A DNA stretch of 43,864 nt from Fervidobacterium sp. (lineage in GTDB: Bacteria > Thermotogota > Thermotogae > Thermotogales > Fervidobacteriaceae): NCBI GenBank assembly GCA_039630255.1, contig JBCNVJ010000213.1, positions 1 to 43,864 on the forward strand, given 5' to 3'. Shown here piece after piece: positions 28,801 through 38,545 of the stretch. Both the position numbers and the translations under genes were made by a program. Within the stretch, counting starts at the first letter, position 1. Each line of letters starts with the position of its first letter. Under the pieces are notes generated by a model, which was not told the DNA's origin, searched no databases, and saw only the letters and a program-made list of their open reading frames with translations.

Positions 28801-30620
28801 AATATCTCCGGTGAAGGATCTGTTGGAAGCTGCTGGAGAGTATACGTTGTTATATCTTCAGAAATAGCCTTTTTCAACCTTTCTATTTCTTTTATTCTTC
28901 CTGATACAAGTTTGGTTCCATCTGAAAAGCTTTGTAAAATCCTCACATTGAACCTTTTCAAATATTCATCATCTATTCTAACAAGGTAGCTGACATTACC
29001 AAACGTATCCAAGAAATTTAGAAATCTCTTGTAAGTTTCTTGACTTGCAAAAATAGTTACAATCAGTTTTTCATTGATAGTTTTTACAGTGTAGTTTTCC
29101 TTATCTATTCCCAAGTATTCAGCAGCGATATTAATTATTTCTTCAGGAACATCTTCAACAATCACTTTCCAAGGAGCTCCTATAATCGGATCTTTTGAAA
29201 GACTTTCGACAAACTGTTCAAAACCACTTACCACATACAGCTTTCCATTTGAAACCTTTGGATTGGACTTTGGATAAAGTATCTGCATAGCATTTGCAAT
29301 CCTTTGCGGATACAAAACATCGACTGCATTGTATTTCAACTCTATCTCGGTCTGTTCTTTAGCCCCTTCTTTTTCGCTTAGTTTTGTTAATTCAGTAACT
29401 TCTTCTTTTTTCTTTTCCTCAAGGAGTGTTTCTGATTTTTGCAACATTGTTGCCTTTTCTTTAGTAGCCTTCGCATCTTCTAAAATTTGCTGAATTTGAA
29501 CTAAATGCGCAGGATCATCCAATAAAATCGCAACCTTTTTGATAGCAGGTATTATTGTATAGTCTTTTATAGAATAAACCTTTTTTAATTTTTCGATTAG
29601 TTGTTCCATTTCGCTATCATCAATTTCATAACTTACGTAAATCCATCCTTTTTTCTTAACATCCGCTGCCATTTGCTTAAACATATTTTCTGCTTCTTTT
29701 GGCACTGAAGATTTCAAAGCCAATTTCTTTTGCCCTTCAAGCACCTGGTAACTATCTGGACTTAGGTTGTAAACCTTTGAAATTTGCATCATTATATTTT
29801 TAACTTCTTCATCTTTAATATCATAAGAAATATACCTCCACTCATCTTTAACTGGAGGAATTAGAGCTTCTGTTAACATTTTATATTCATTCAATCCACC
29901 AAAAACAAAAATTTTGGACTTATCTTTGGTCACATCGGCATATGTTCCCACTCCAAGTATTTGTCTAAGCTTTTCAATGTTAATCTGTCCATCGTACACC
30001 TGCCAAGAAGTTGCAAAGTTCTTTAAAATTTCCTCTGGACTTCCTAAGTACAAAGTTTGATTTGTTGAATATGCATAGGAAAGACCACTTACAGAGAGCA
30101 CCATCCTTATAATTTCTTCCAGAGTCGAATTATTTGCGTTAAGATTTATGTTTTTGTTTTTGGCACTATCGTACAAAATGATTTTCAAACCAAAAAACTC
30201 TGCAAGATCTTTAAAGAAAACATCCGTCTTCATATTGATAAAGTTTGCTGTTAACCTTTTAGAGCTTGTGCTGTAAGGAAATCTTACATACAACTTGCTA
30301 CCTACGACATCATAAGTAGCATTTACTGGCATCAGTGTATATACAAAGACATTAACTTGATTGTTAATCGAAACTATCTGAACACCTTCGACAGTTCCAC
30401 TCGAAACTGGCAAGTAGGTTTTATTTTTTACACTATCGTTAACAAGAAAGTAATGAACTGTCCTGCTGTCGTTTTTACCATAATAAAGAACTTTCGGAGT
30501 TTTATTAAATGATAAAATTACTGTAATTTGATTCGTAGAGGATACAAAGTTAACATCTGTAAGTTCCGAAAACAATAAAACTGCAAACATCAATAAAAAT
30601 GCAACAAAAACTTTCCTCAT
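25837..30620 (-). pseudogene. pilQ: Giant type IV pilus/competence secretin (PilQ-like, ~1590 codons), interrupted at ~26590-26609
   Basis: Signal peptide MRKVFVAFLLMFAVLLFS; many N-domain repeats; C-terminal ORF carries the secretin core (VSIEARILD, LANPNIMTKSGEEARIFIGD, GIELKITPYV, GQTIVIGGL, IPILGDLPIIGMLF). Confidence 0.85.
27693..28010 (-). repeat. Tandem 53-codon duplication of an N-domain inside pilQ
   Basis: ERTYAYIEYNPELDQVIKKLYNVETYKTKQGFIIYGTQEEIKKVRSFVEG vs EQTYVFLNYPQEIDEIIRELYNVRTYKMQQGYFVIGTKEMIKNVTEFVSG, 25/50 identical. Confidence 0.85.
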
Positions 30621-30716
30621 CACTAGCATCCCCCTAAAAAATTAATTTTCTGATCAAAATTTAAAATCCCTAGACACCTTTTGGTTTATTCGCTCATAAT
30701 TAATAAACTTAGTTGA

Positions 30717-31382
30717 CTATTTATCAACGTAAAGTATCTTTTTTATTTTACCATCAGTTGTATCAAGAACAACGATGAACGTAGGATTTACCTGAAGAAC
30801 TTTGTACTTTCCATCTATTAGTTCGTTCTCAAGAGCGGATTTTACTTCATCTCCAGTTTGTACATAAACTTTTTTCACTTGCTTTCCATTATCTTCGATT
30901 GAAATGTAACCAACATAGTAAATTCCTTCGAGTTCAGTAAGTTCTCTGGTACTCAAGCTCATCGATTCAGAAAGCGAAGGTTTTACAACTTGGCTTTTTG
31001 GTTTTTGACTGTCTTCATAATATTGAGTAATAGTCTCTTCGTTTGTCTTTTTTTGACCTTGACCTGCGAACAAAGAATCTTTCAAACTTAGCTTTAAATC
31101 AAGTTTGAAAGGCGAGAAAAAATCTGAAAAAGTTGATTCTGGAATCATATTTTCAAGCTCAGCTAAAGATATATTTGAGACACTTCCAAGCTGACTATTT
31201 GTACCTTCTGGACTGTTTTGAGTCATAGTTTGCACTGAATCACTTTGAGAGTTTGTTTGAGTTGGTTGAACTATGTTAGGTTTAGTGTTTATCCTGATAA
31301 GAACAAAAATAGCTATCACCCAAATAAGAATGGCAACAGCCAACAAAATAACTGTTCTTTTATTTAAAGCCATTTCATTCAC
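30717..31382 (-). CDS. PilP-like membrane-anchored pilus assembly protein
   Basis: N-terminal TM, Q/S/T-rich linker, FSPF, and C-terminal YVGYI...IDGKYKVLQV beta domain; immediately before pilQ. Confidence 0.5.
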   Translation of the reverse strand: MNEMALNKRTVILLAVAILIWVIAIFVLIRINTKPNIVQPTQTNSQSDSVQTMTQNSPEGTNSQLGSVSNISLAELENMIPESTFSDFFSPFKLDLKLSLKDSLFAGQGQKKTNEETITQYYEDSQKPKSQVVKPSLSESMSLSTRELTELEGIYYVGYISIEDNGKQVKKVYVQTGDEVKSALENELIDGKYKVLQVNPTFIVVLDTTDGKIKKILYVDK

Positions 31383-31782
31383 CTCCTGTTTTCAAAGATA
31401 TGTAGTAGATCACAGGAGTATCTTCAAATAATATAGGATAATCAACCTTTGCAGTTAGATAAAGGTAATTAATTTCAACAGTTTTATTATTTAATATTTT
31501 CTGAATAAGTTCCCTCACTTCAGATTCTACCAGCTCACCTTCTTTATTTAAAATCAATGAATTCATAAACTCCTGTCTTTTTGTTTCAAGAAATCTGGCT
31601 TCTTCTTCTGCTTGTTTCATCAAATTATGGCTTCTTGTTGTTTCTGACAGCAGGTTTTCAAAATTTGTGAAATATTTGAAAAAAGAACTATAGAAATAAT
31701 AAGCACTAATAGCTACTGTAACTACAAGAAAAGCTACTGAAAACACAACAGCAAACTTTCTATTTATAGTAATATTGTTCAT
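31375..31782 (-). CDS. PilO-like bitopic protein
   Basis: TM + coiled coil + short beta domain; position in the pilMNOPQ order. Confidence 0.45.
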   Translation of the reverse strand: MNNITINRKFAVVFSVAFLVVTVAISAYYFYSSFFKYFTNFENLLSETTRSHNLMKQAEEEARFLETKRQEFMNSLILNKEGELVESEVRELIQKILNNKTVEINYLYLTAKVDYPILFEDTPVIYYISLKTGGE

Positions 31783-32342
31783 TATTTCATTCCCTCCACG
31801 ACATAATGAAAGTATTTTGTGTTTGAGAAAAACGTCTTTTCCTCGACTAACTGTACAGAAACATTCTGATACACTTTTGAAAGTCGTTCATAAACTGTTG
31901 AAGTGGAAACCTTTGTCTCTAATCCGTACTCATAAAATTCAATTCTCAATCTTGTTCCATCGTATACCATTTCCTTCAAAAATACCTTATTTGGTATTGA
32001 GGAACAAAGTTCTGAGAAGTAGTTCAGAAAATAATTACTTTTGTAAATATCCAGTAATTGTTTTTTAATCTCTAAATTTGCTTTGCTAATTTCCGTAAAC
32101 CTTTTTTGAAACGATGATTGTAAATTTTTTATCTGGTTTTCGATACTACCTATGTTAAAATCCGAAAGATTATTAAAGATAACTGGATATTTTCCTAAAA
32201 GCTCGCCCACCCGCAAAATCTTAATTTGGTAAGAAAGAAAAATAAGTGCCAACGATGGTAACAAACAAAATAATAATAATATAAGGAAAGTCTTTAGCTT
32301 AAAAACCTTTATCTTACCATCTGATAGATTTAACCTTTCCAA
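31782..32342 (-). CDS. PilN-like bitopic protein
   Basis: N-terminal RLNL, TM, coiled coil, and ELCSSIPNKVFLKEMVYDGTRLRIE resembling the PilN core. Confidence 0.55.
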   Translation of the reverse strand: MERLNLSDGKIKVFKLKTFLILLLFCLLPSLALIFLSYQIKILRVGELLGKYPVIFNNLSDFNIGSIENQIKNLQSSFQKRFTEISKANLEIKKQLLDIYKSNYFLNYFSELCSSIPNKVFLKEMVYDGTRLRIEFYEYGLETKVSTSTVYERLSKVYQNVSVQLVEEKTFFSNTKYFHYVVEGMK

Positions 32343-33231
32343 GTTCTACCCCCCCTCTGTAAAGAAGACCTGCGTCTGCAAAGGTCAATCTTTGTGGTAT
32401 GTTAAGTATAGTTATTGCTTCAGTAACTTTCTGAAAACTCCATTGAAGTTGTAATATGGCTTCTTTAAGTACCTTTAAATCGCAGATCAAACACAGGCCA
32501 GCAATTTGGTTGATTGTTATTTTCTCGATTTCCGTAGTATTTATAGATATAATTAATTCTCTTTCCAACAAGCCAACTATATCTGGAGATAAAGTATCAA
32601 TAATCTTCCTTGCTGCTTCGATCAAATCTTCGTTATCACTCCGCTCTATTTCCGAAATTCCGAAACCAGTTTCCTCTTTTACAATTTTATTTATATCTTC
32701 GAGTGCAAAGTCTATAATTCTAATTCCTATAATTTTATCACCGTTCATCACAACTACACCAGAATTCATTCGCCCAAGCACCAGGTACATCCAATACCCT
32801 GGCAATTTCTTAACAATGATTAACTCAGAAAAAATATTTGGATAGGCTACATCTGGTTCAAAGTTAATATTTTTCGACAATTTGTACTGTAAGTAATCTG
32901 ATCTTTTCACATAAAGAGCGAGTACTTTGTTCTGGATACTTTTAACATATCCAACATTTATTTCATCGTTAATATCAGCAATACTTTTCAGTTCAAGTTC
33001 AACAATTCTTCTCATATCTTTTTCGTTCTTCACTGCCGGCAGTTCAATAAAGGCTGTTTGAATAATATCAAACGGAAGATTCATAACAACAATATCTTCT
33101 GGATCAGGTAACAATCTCTGTTCAGAGTATCCTTTTACAAATATATTTCTTCCAAAATATGAACCACTTAGTATATGGTTTTCAGGTTGATCAAGATTAT
33201 AAACTAAGATTCTGTGCTTGAAAATACCCAA
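32314..33231 (-). CDS. PilM/GspL-like cytoplasmic pilus assembly protein (divergent)
   Basis: Soluble; VVMNLP..IELPAV..MRRIVELE pattern; first gene of the M-N-O-P-Q order. Confidence 0.5.
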   Translation of the reverse strand: MGIFKHRILVYNLDQPENHILSGSYFGRNIFVKGYSEQRLLPDPEDIVVMNLPFDIIQTAFIELPAVKNEKDMRRIVELELKSIADINDEINVGYVKSIQNKVLALYVKRSDYLQYKLSKNINFEPDVAYPNIFSELIIVKKLPGYWMYLVLGRMNSGVVVMNGDKIIGIRIIDFALEDINKIVKEETGFGISEIERSDNEDLIEAARKIIDTLSPDIVGLLERELIISINTTEIEKITINQIAGLCLICDLKVLKEAILQLQWSFQKVTEAITILNIPQRLTFADAGLLYRGGVELGKVKSIRW

Positions 33232-33232
33232 T

Positions 33233-33580
33233 TTATCTCCCCCTTGAAACCTCGAACAATATTGGCTCTATTGTTATCTGGAATGGCTTGTTTAGATAAT
33301 ATGTATCACTTTTTGCAAAGCAAAATGGATTTACAAGTAAACCGTTGATGTTTTCATCATAAAGTTTTTCGTTTTTTATTAAAGTGCCATCGTTTTTTCT
33401 AAGAGTACAGATCCCCTTTTCATAATATTTTGTAAAACTTCCCTTCCATAATCCAGAGTAAACAATTGTTTCAAAAAAATAGTATGTAAAATCAATATCA
33501 GTAACCTTGAAAAGGTTCACAGATACAATTAAAACAATACAAATAATTATAGTTAAACATGTGAGTAATTCTACAATCAT
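33233..33580 (-). CDS. Pilin/pseudopilin-like protein
   Basis: MIVELLTCLTIIICIVLIV hydrophobic pilin-type helix; RBS GGAGG; follows pilC. Confidence 0.55.
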   Translation of the reverse strand: MIVELLTCLTIIICIVLIVSVNLFKVTDIDFTYYFFETIVYSGLWKGSFTKYYEKGICTLRKNDGTLIKNEKLYDENINGLLVNPFCFAKSDTYYLNKPFQITIEPILFEVSRGR

Positions 33581-33616
33581 ATTGTGCCTCCAATATTGTA
33601 TCTCAACATTTCTTTT

Positions 33617-34828
33617 TCATCTGCCGAATTGACTTTGCATTTGGAATATTGTCGAATACATCGTAAAGGCTATGAATGCTATGAAAAGACCAACAAAGGC
33701 TATCAAGGCCGGTTCTATCAGACTCACAAGTTTTTTTGTATCTGTAAGGATCTCTTCTTCATAAAAATCTGCAACCTTTTCCATAACAGTATCAAGTTTA
33801 CCAGTTTCTTCACCTGTACCTACCATCTCATACACAATTTGGGGAAATATTCCTGTTCGTTTTAGAGAATCTTTTAAACCGCTACCAGCTTTAACTTCAT
33901 CGATAACCCGAGAAATAACAGATATAAACCTCGGGTTATTGGAAGCTTTTGCAGCCATATCGAGTGCGTTAACCATCGGAACTCCACTACCAATAAGTAC
34001 TCCAAGTGTTCGAGTAAATCGCTCATTGGCCATTTTCTGCCTTAGCTTTCGGATCGGCGGAAATAGGTTCCCCAGGAAATCTTTTACATAAGCGCCATAA
34101 ACAGTGTCAAGAAAAACTTTGATTCCAAAACCCAAACCGATTACTATTGGAGCAAGTATATACCATTGATGTGTGAAAATATAATTGAGTTTTACGAGCA
34201 TTCCAAGTACTCCACCTTTTGGTGTTGTACCAAACACAGATATAAGCCTTGGTAATATAAATACCGATATTACAATAACCACAATAATGGCAAAACCAAG
34301 TATAAACATTGGATAAGCCATCGATGATTTTACTTGTTCTCTAAGTCTGTTAACACCTTCATAATAGTTTGCTATTTTTTTCATTGTAATGTCAAGAACG
34401 CCGCCTTCTTCTCCTGCACGAACCATATTTATGAATATAGAATCAAATACGCCTTGGCGTTCGAGTGCAGATGAAAAAGACATACCACCTTTCATATCTG
34501 ATGCTACTTCCTTCAATATATTTCTAAACTTCTTCGAAAATACTTCTTGTTCAGACAAAGTCATCACCGCATCAGCAAGTCTAATGCCTGCAGATATCAT
34601 TGTTTCCAATTGCCTTGCAAAGAGAACAATATCTTTGAGTTTAACTTGAAACAGGGTTTTTTTTCGCTCAACATTTAACTGTCTTTCTCTGATATTCTTT
34701 TGAACAAGATCTGTAACCAATATACCTTGCTGTTTTAACTTATCAATGGCTTCTTTAACGCTCTCTGCTTGTATAACTCCTTTTAACTTTTTGCCACTCC
34801 GATCAACTCCTTTGTATTCAAAAACCAA
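33617..34828 (-). CDS. pilC: Type IV pilus inner-membrane platform protein (GspF/PilC family)
   Basis: FARQLETMISAG, MVRAGEEGGVL, SMAYP, GEETGKLD and IEP motifs; start likely TTG 34828 behind GAGGTG. Confidence 0.93.
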   Translation of the reverse strand: MVFEYKGVDRSGKKLKGVIQAESVKEAIDKLKQQGILVTDLVQKNIRERQLNVERKKTLFQVKLKDIVLFARQLETMISAGIRLADAVMTLSEQEVFSKKFRNILKEVASDMKGGMSFSSALERQGVFDSIFINMVRAGEEGGVLDITMKKIANYYEGVNRLREQVKSSMAYPMFILGFAIIVVIVISVFILPRLISVFGTTPKGGVLGMLVKLNYIFTHQWYILAPIVIGLGFGIKVFLDTVYGAYVKDFLGNLFPPIRKLRQKMANERFTRTLGVLIGSGVPMVNALDMAAKASNNPRFISVISRVIDEVKAGSGLKDSLKRTGIFPQIVYEMVGTGEETGKLDTVMEKVADFYEEEILTDTKKLVSLIEPALIAFVGLFIAFIAFTMYSTIFQMQSQFGR

Positions 34829-34867
34829 AATTATCACCTCACATATTTACTATAATTTAACTTCGTA

Positions 34868-35536
34868 CTAAAACTTTACGTCTTCCAAAATCATTCCATT
34901 TTCAAGTACTATTTTGCGCTCACACAAATCACGAAATACCTCAGGTTCATGAGTAGCAATTAAAAAACCTTTGTTTTCATCTTTAAAAGTTTTCAAAATA
35001 TCTCTTATAAAGAAAATACCTTTTAAGTCAAGTCCGGCGGTCGGTTCATCAAAAATTAAAAACTCAGGTTTATGAATTAAAATAGAAGCAATAGCAACCT
35101 TCCTTTGCTCTCCTCCAGATAGTCTAAATGGAGAACTTTTAAGCACAGAATCTTGCAGTCCCACTTTTCTTAGTAAAGATAGCAAATCATCCTTGTTGTA
35201 TAGAACATCAAAGTTTTTTGCTACATAAGTTATTTCTTCTTCTACAGTCTCACTAAAAAATTGCCTTTCCGGAATTTGGAAGGCAACACCTAACTTTCTT
35301 CTAAAATTATATGCTTCTTCAAATGGGTTCACACCATTGTATAGAATTACCCCGGACGAAGGTTTTAAAAGTAGGTCCAATAAATAAATTAACGTTGTTT
35401 TCCCTGAACCTGTGTTCCCAACAAGCAGTATCCTTTCATTTGTTGTAAAAGACAAGGTAACATCTTTTAAAGCCATTTTTTCTAACTCTGTACCCTTTTC
35501 AAAGATAACGTATACATTTTTTAGTTCTATTTTCAA
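34868..35536 (-). CDS. ecfA2: ECF transporter ATPase (EcfA2/CbiO-like)
   Basis: GTELEKMAL, GNTGSGKT, FQIPERQFF, SPFRLSGGEQRK and DEPTAGLD motifs. Confidence 0.8.
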   Translation of the reverse strand: MKIELKNVYVIFEKGTELEKMALKDVTLSFTTNERILLVGNTGSGKTTLIYLLDLLLKPSSGVILYNGVNPFEEAYNFRRKLGVAFQIPERQFFSETVEEEITYVAKNFDVLYNKDDLLSLLRKVGLQDSVLKSSPFRLSGGEQRKVAIASILIHKPEFLIFDEPTAGLDLKGIFFIRDILKTFKDENKGFLIATHEPEVFRDLCERKIVLENGMILEDVKF

Positions 35537-35542
35537 AATAAA

Positions 35543-36172
35543 TCACCTTTCATATTTTATGGAAAGATATATCCTTATACCGCCTTCTTTCCAAATGTCT
35601 TCTACATTACCAAAGATCTCTTTCATGTAGTTCTTTATCCTTTCTCCACCTTTATTATGGTATGCAACAATTTGCAAAGTGCCAAGATTTTCCAAATGTT
35701 GGTATGCACCTTCTATAAGTTTCATCCAAACCTCTTTTCCAGCAACTATCGGTGGATTGGAAATTATGTGATTAAACTTCATATCATTCCATGGTTCATA
35801 CAGATCTCCTTGACGTATATCTGCATCGATATTATTATCCTTAGCGTTGACCTTTGCAAATTCAACAGCACGTTTGTTTATATCAGACATATAAATTTGT
35901 ATTGTCGGAAACTCTTTTTTTAGAGTTATTCCAATAACACCGTATCCACAACCTATATCAAGCACTTTTCCAGTTAAAGGATTACAATTTTCTAAAAGTA
36001 TCTGCGTTGCCTTATCAATTTTGCCAAACGAGTAAACACTTGAAGGAGTCTTAAATTTGTAAATATGACCATTCTTAAGTTTCAGTTCAACCTCTTTTAT
36101 CCTTAAGATAGATTGTGGTTCTTCAGAATAGTAATGCTCAAATTTCTTTTTTCCATCTTCGCTGTTTTTCAA
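35543..36172 (-). CDS. Class I SAM-dependent methyltransferase (RsmC/YbxB-like)
   Basis: EHYYS, VYSFGKIDKAT, VLDIGCGYGVIG and SNPP motifs. Confidence 0.85.
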   Translation of the reverse strand: MKNSEDGKKKFEHYYSEEPQSILRIKEVELKLKNGHIYKFKTPSSVYSFGKIDKATQILLENCNPLTGKVLDIGCGYGVIGITLKKEFPTIQIYMSDINKRAVEFAKVNAKDNNIDADIRQGDLYEPWNDMKFNHIISNPPIVAGKEVWMKLIEGAYQHLENLGTLQIVAYHNKGGERIKNYMKEIFGNVEDIWKEGGIRIYLSIKYER

Positions 36173-37251
36173 AACTTTACACCTCCCAAATTTTTCCCAA
36201 AGCTTTCTATAATTTTTTTGTAAACATTACCATCCAAAGCTTCCAGTAAAGAGTCTAAATCTTTTCCATCTCTCCCATGCTCACACAAACTGAGTAAAAT
36301 TTCCATGCGAGCCTTAATTTCTTCTCCAAAACCTTCCAAATGGTTTTGTATTCGTTCTAAAAGAGCTTTTGGAGTTTCTTTGGATATACTCAAAATCACA
36401 AATGTTCCACCACGAAGCGAAGCAATCAAATCACTTTTTCTCGATATTTTTGTTAACAATCTTCCCATCTTTTTCAATAACGTATTACCAAATTCAACAC
36501 CCTTGCTGCGCAAAATGTCGTCAAAATTGTTTATTTTCACGCGAACCAAGTATAAATTGCTTGATTCTCGTTTAGCGATAGCAACATATCTATCAAAATA
36601 ATTTCCAAGAGATTTGGAATTTGGCAAAAATGTTACAGGATCTACCATCAATAATCTATTTACCTCTTCGTATTTTTCTTTCAATTCTTTTATCAATTCA
36701 AATCTCTCTACAGACAAGGACAACAAATCAGAAATCATTTCAGCTACCGGAATAAAATTCTTCCTTTCGAACACATCTTCACTTTCCCAAGAATCAAGGT
36801 TAAAAAATCCGACAATTCTCCTATGTACACGTATAGGAATGGAGACAAATGCTTTAATGTTTTGTATGCTCTGAACAGAATCTCTCAAATTTTCATCTAT
36901 ATTACCTAATTTATTTGATAATTCTTTTATTAAGTCGAGATTTTTTCTTTTGATTATGTAAACATGTTTAAAACGTCGCATTATGATCTCTTTTTCATTA
37001 AACTTTATTTTCTCCAACAATCTGTAATCATGATTATAAGCAGCCACATAATAAAATGTTCCTTCTTCATCTCTAAGTAATACACTGCCACTATTGATAA
37101 AACTTACGTTCTCCACAACTGACCCTAAAAGCATTTCATAATCCTTTCTTTTTAAAGAGGTTTCTCTTTCTGTAGACAGATTCAAAAGAGTCTTGCTGAA
37201 TTCGAAAAACATCTTATTAAACTCTTTTTCCAAGTTTAACTTACTTGTCAT
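36169..37251 (-). CDS. GAF + catalytically degenerate GGDEF domain protein
   Basis: GAF (SIPIRVHRRIVGFFNLDS), coiled coil, DPVTFLPN; active-site motif replaced by RGGTF, preceded by RKSD. Confidence 0.8.
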   Translation of the reverse strand: MTSKLNLEKEFNKMFFEFSKTLLNLSTERETSLKRKDYEMLLGSVVENVSFINSGSVLLRDEEGTFYYVAAYNHDYRLLEKIKFNEKEIIMRRFKHVYIIKRKNLDLIKELSNKLGNIDENLRDSVQSIQNIKAFVSIPIRVHRRIVGFFNLDSWESEDVFERKNFIPVAEMISDLLSLSVERFELIKELKEKYEEVNRLLMVDPVTFLPNSKSLGNYFDRYVAIAKRESSNLYLVRVKINNFDDILRSKGVEFGNTLLKKMGRLLTKISRKSDLIASLRGGTFVILSISKETPKALLERIQNHLEGFGEEIKARMEILLSLCEHGRDGKDLDSLLEALDGNVYKKIIESFGKNLGGVKF

Positions 37252-37375
37252 TTCTTTCACCTCTTGAAAAAAGCTTTACAAAAATTCTTGTTAAGAAAAA
37301 GAATAGGAATAAAACTCCTATCAAGAAAAAATAACCCATCATTCCTATTCTTATAGCATTTACAAAGTCATTCAT
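37241..37375 (-). CDS. Unannotated 44-aa OadG-like small membrane subunit
   Basis: RBS GAGGTG; MNDFVNAIRIGMMGYFFLIGVLFLFFFLTRIFVKLFSRGERNDK*; single TM; directly after oadB copy 2. Confidence 0.7.
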   Translation of the reverse strand: MNDFVNAIRIGMMGYFFLIGVLFLFFFLTRIFVKLFSRGERNDK

Positions 37376-37414
37376 AGAATAATTCACCTCAACTAATTTT
37401 AAATTATTAATAAG

Positions 37415-38545
37415 CTACAACTGACCTACAAGTGCTATTAATATCCCACCGGCTAAGACAGAGCCTATCTGACCAGCAACATTAGCACCAACAGCATGCA
37501 TGAGTAGGTAATTTGTCGGATCTTCTGATCTACCAAGTTGATGGATAACCCTTGCAGACATCGGAAAAGCAGATATACCAGCAGCCCCTATCATAGGATT
37601 TATCTTCCTTCTTAGAAAAATATTCAAAAATTTAGCAAAAAGTACGCCGCCTGCAGTATCGAATATAAACGCAACAAGTCCAAGTAGCAGAATTAATAAC
37701 GTTTGAGGTCTTAAAAACTTTTCAGCGGTCATTGTTGAACCTATTGATAGTCCTAGCATTATTGTTACTATATTGGCAAGTTCATTTTGCGCAGATTTGG
37801 CAATGCTGTTAAGAACTCCACATTCTTTGAGCAGATTTCCAAACATAAGAAAACCAACAAGTGCCGTGGAACTCGGTGCAAGTAAACTTGCCGTTATCGT
37901 AACAGCTATAGGAAAGATTATCTTGATTCTCTTATTAATTCTTACAGTCTTTACTTCCATTTTTATCTTTCTTTCTTCACTCGTTGTTAAGAGTCTAATA
38001 ATTGCAGGTTGGATTATCGGTACAAGTGACATATAAGAATATGCTGCAACAGAAATAGGTCCAAGTAAGTCCTTTGCAAACCTGCTTGCTACATAAATCG
38101 ATGTTGGTCCATCAGCAGCTCCTATGATACCAATTGACGCAGCTTCTTTTATATTAAAACCTAAGAGCGTTGCCACAACCATCGTTGCAAATATTCCAAA
38201 TTGAGCTGCGGCACCAAAAAGAAACATCACAGGATTTTCAAGCAAAGGTCCAAAATCAATCATCGAACCTACAGCTACAAATATCAAAAGCGGAAAAATT
38301 TCTGTTATAATACCTATATCAAATAACATATTCAGAATTCCCTTGTGAAATACTCCATCAAGAAATTGATCTACTGCCGAACTAAAAGGAACATTCACAA
38401 GTATTGTGGAAAAACCAATTGGTATCAAAAGAGCTGGTTCGTATTCTTTTTTTATCCCAAGGTACAAGAGTATTAAACCTATCATTATCATTAAAATGTT
38501 TCCAAATGTAACAGAAAGAATACCAACAGATAAAGCCGAAAGCAT
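37415..38545 (-). CDS. oadB: Na+-translocating decarboxylase beta subunit (copy 2)
   Basis: YEPALLIPIGF, IGIIGAADGPTSIY, AAYSYMSLVP and GAAGISAFPMSAR motifs; start ATG 38545 behind GGAGGTG. Confidence 0.93.
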   Translation of the reverse strand: MLSALSVGILSVTFGNILMIMIGLILLYLGIKKEYEPALLIPIGFSTILVNVPFSSAVDQFLDGVFHKGILNMLFDIGIITEIFPLLIFVAVGSMIDFGPLLENPVMFLFGAAAQFGIFATMVVATLLGFNIKEAASIGIIGAADGPTSIYVASRFAKDLLGPISVAAYSYMSLVPIIQPAIIRLLTTSEERKIKMEVKTVRINKRIKIIFPIAVTITASLLAPSSTALVGFLMFGNLLKECGVLNSIAKSAQNELANIVTIMLGLSIGSTMTAEKFLRPQTLLILLLGLVAFIFDTAGGVLFAKFLNIFLRRKINPMIGAAGISAFPMSARVIHQLGRSEDPTNYLLMHAVGANVAGQIGSVLAGGILIALVGQL

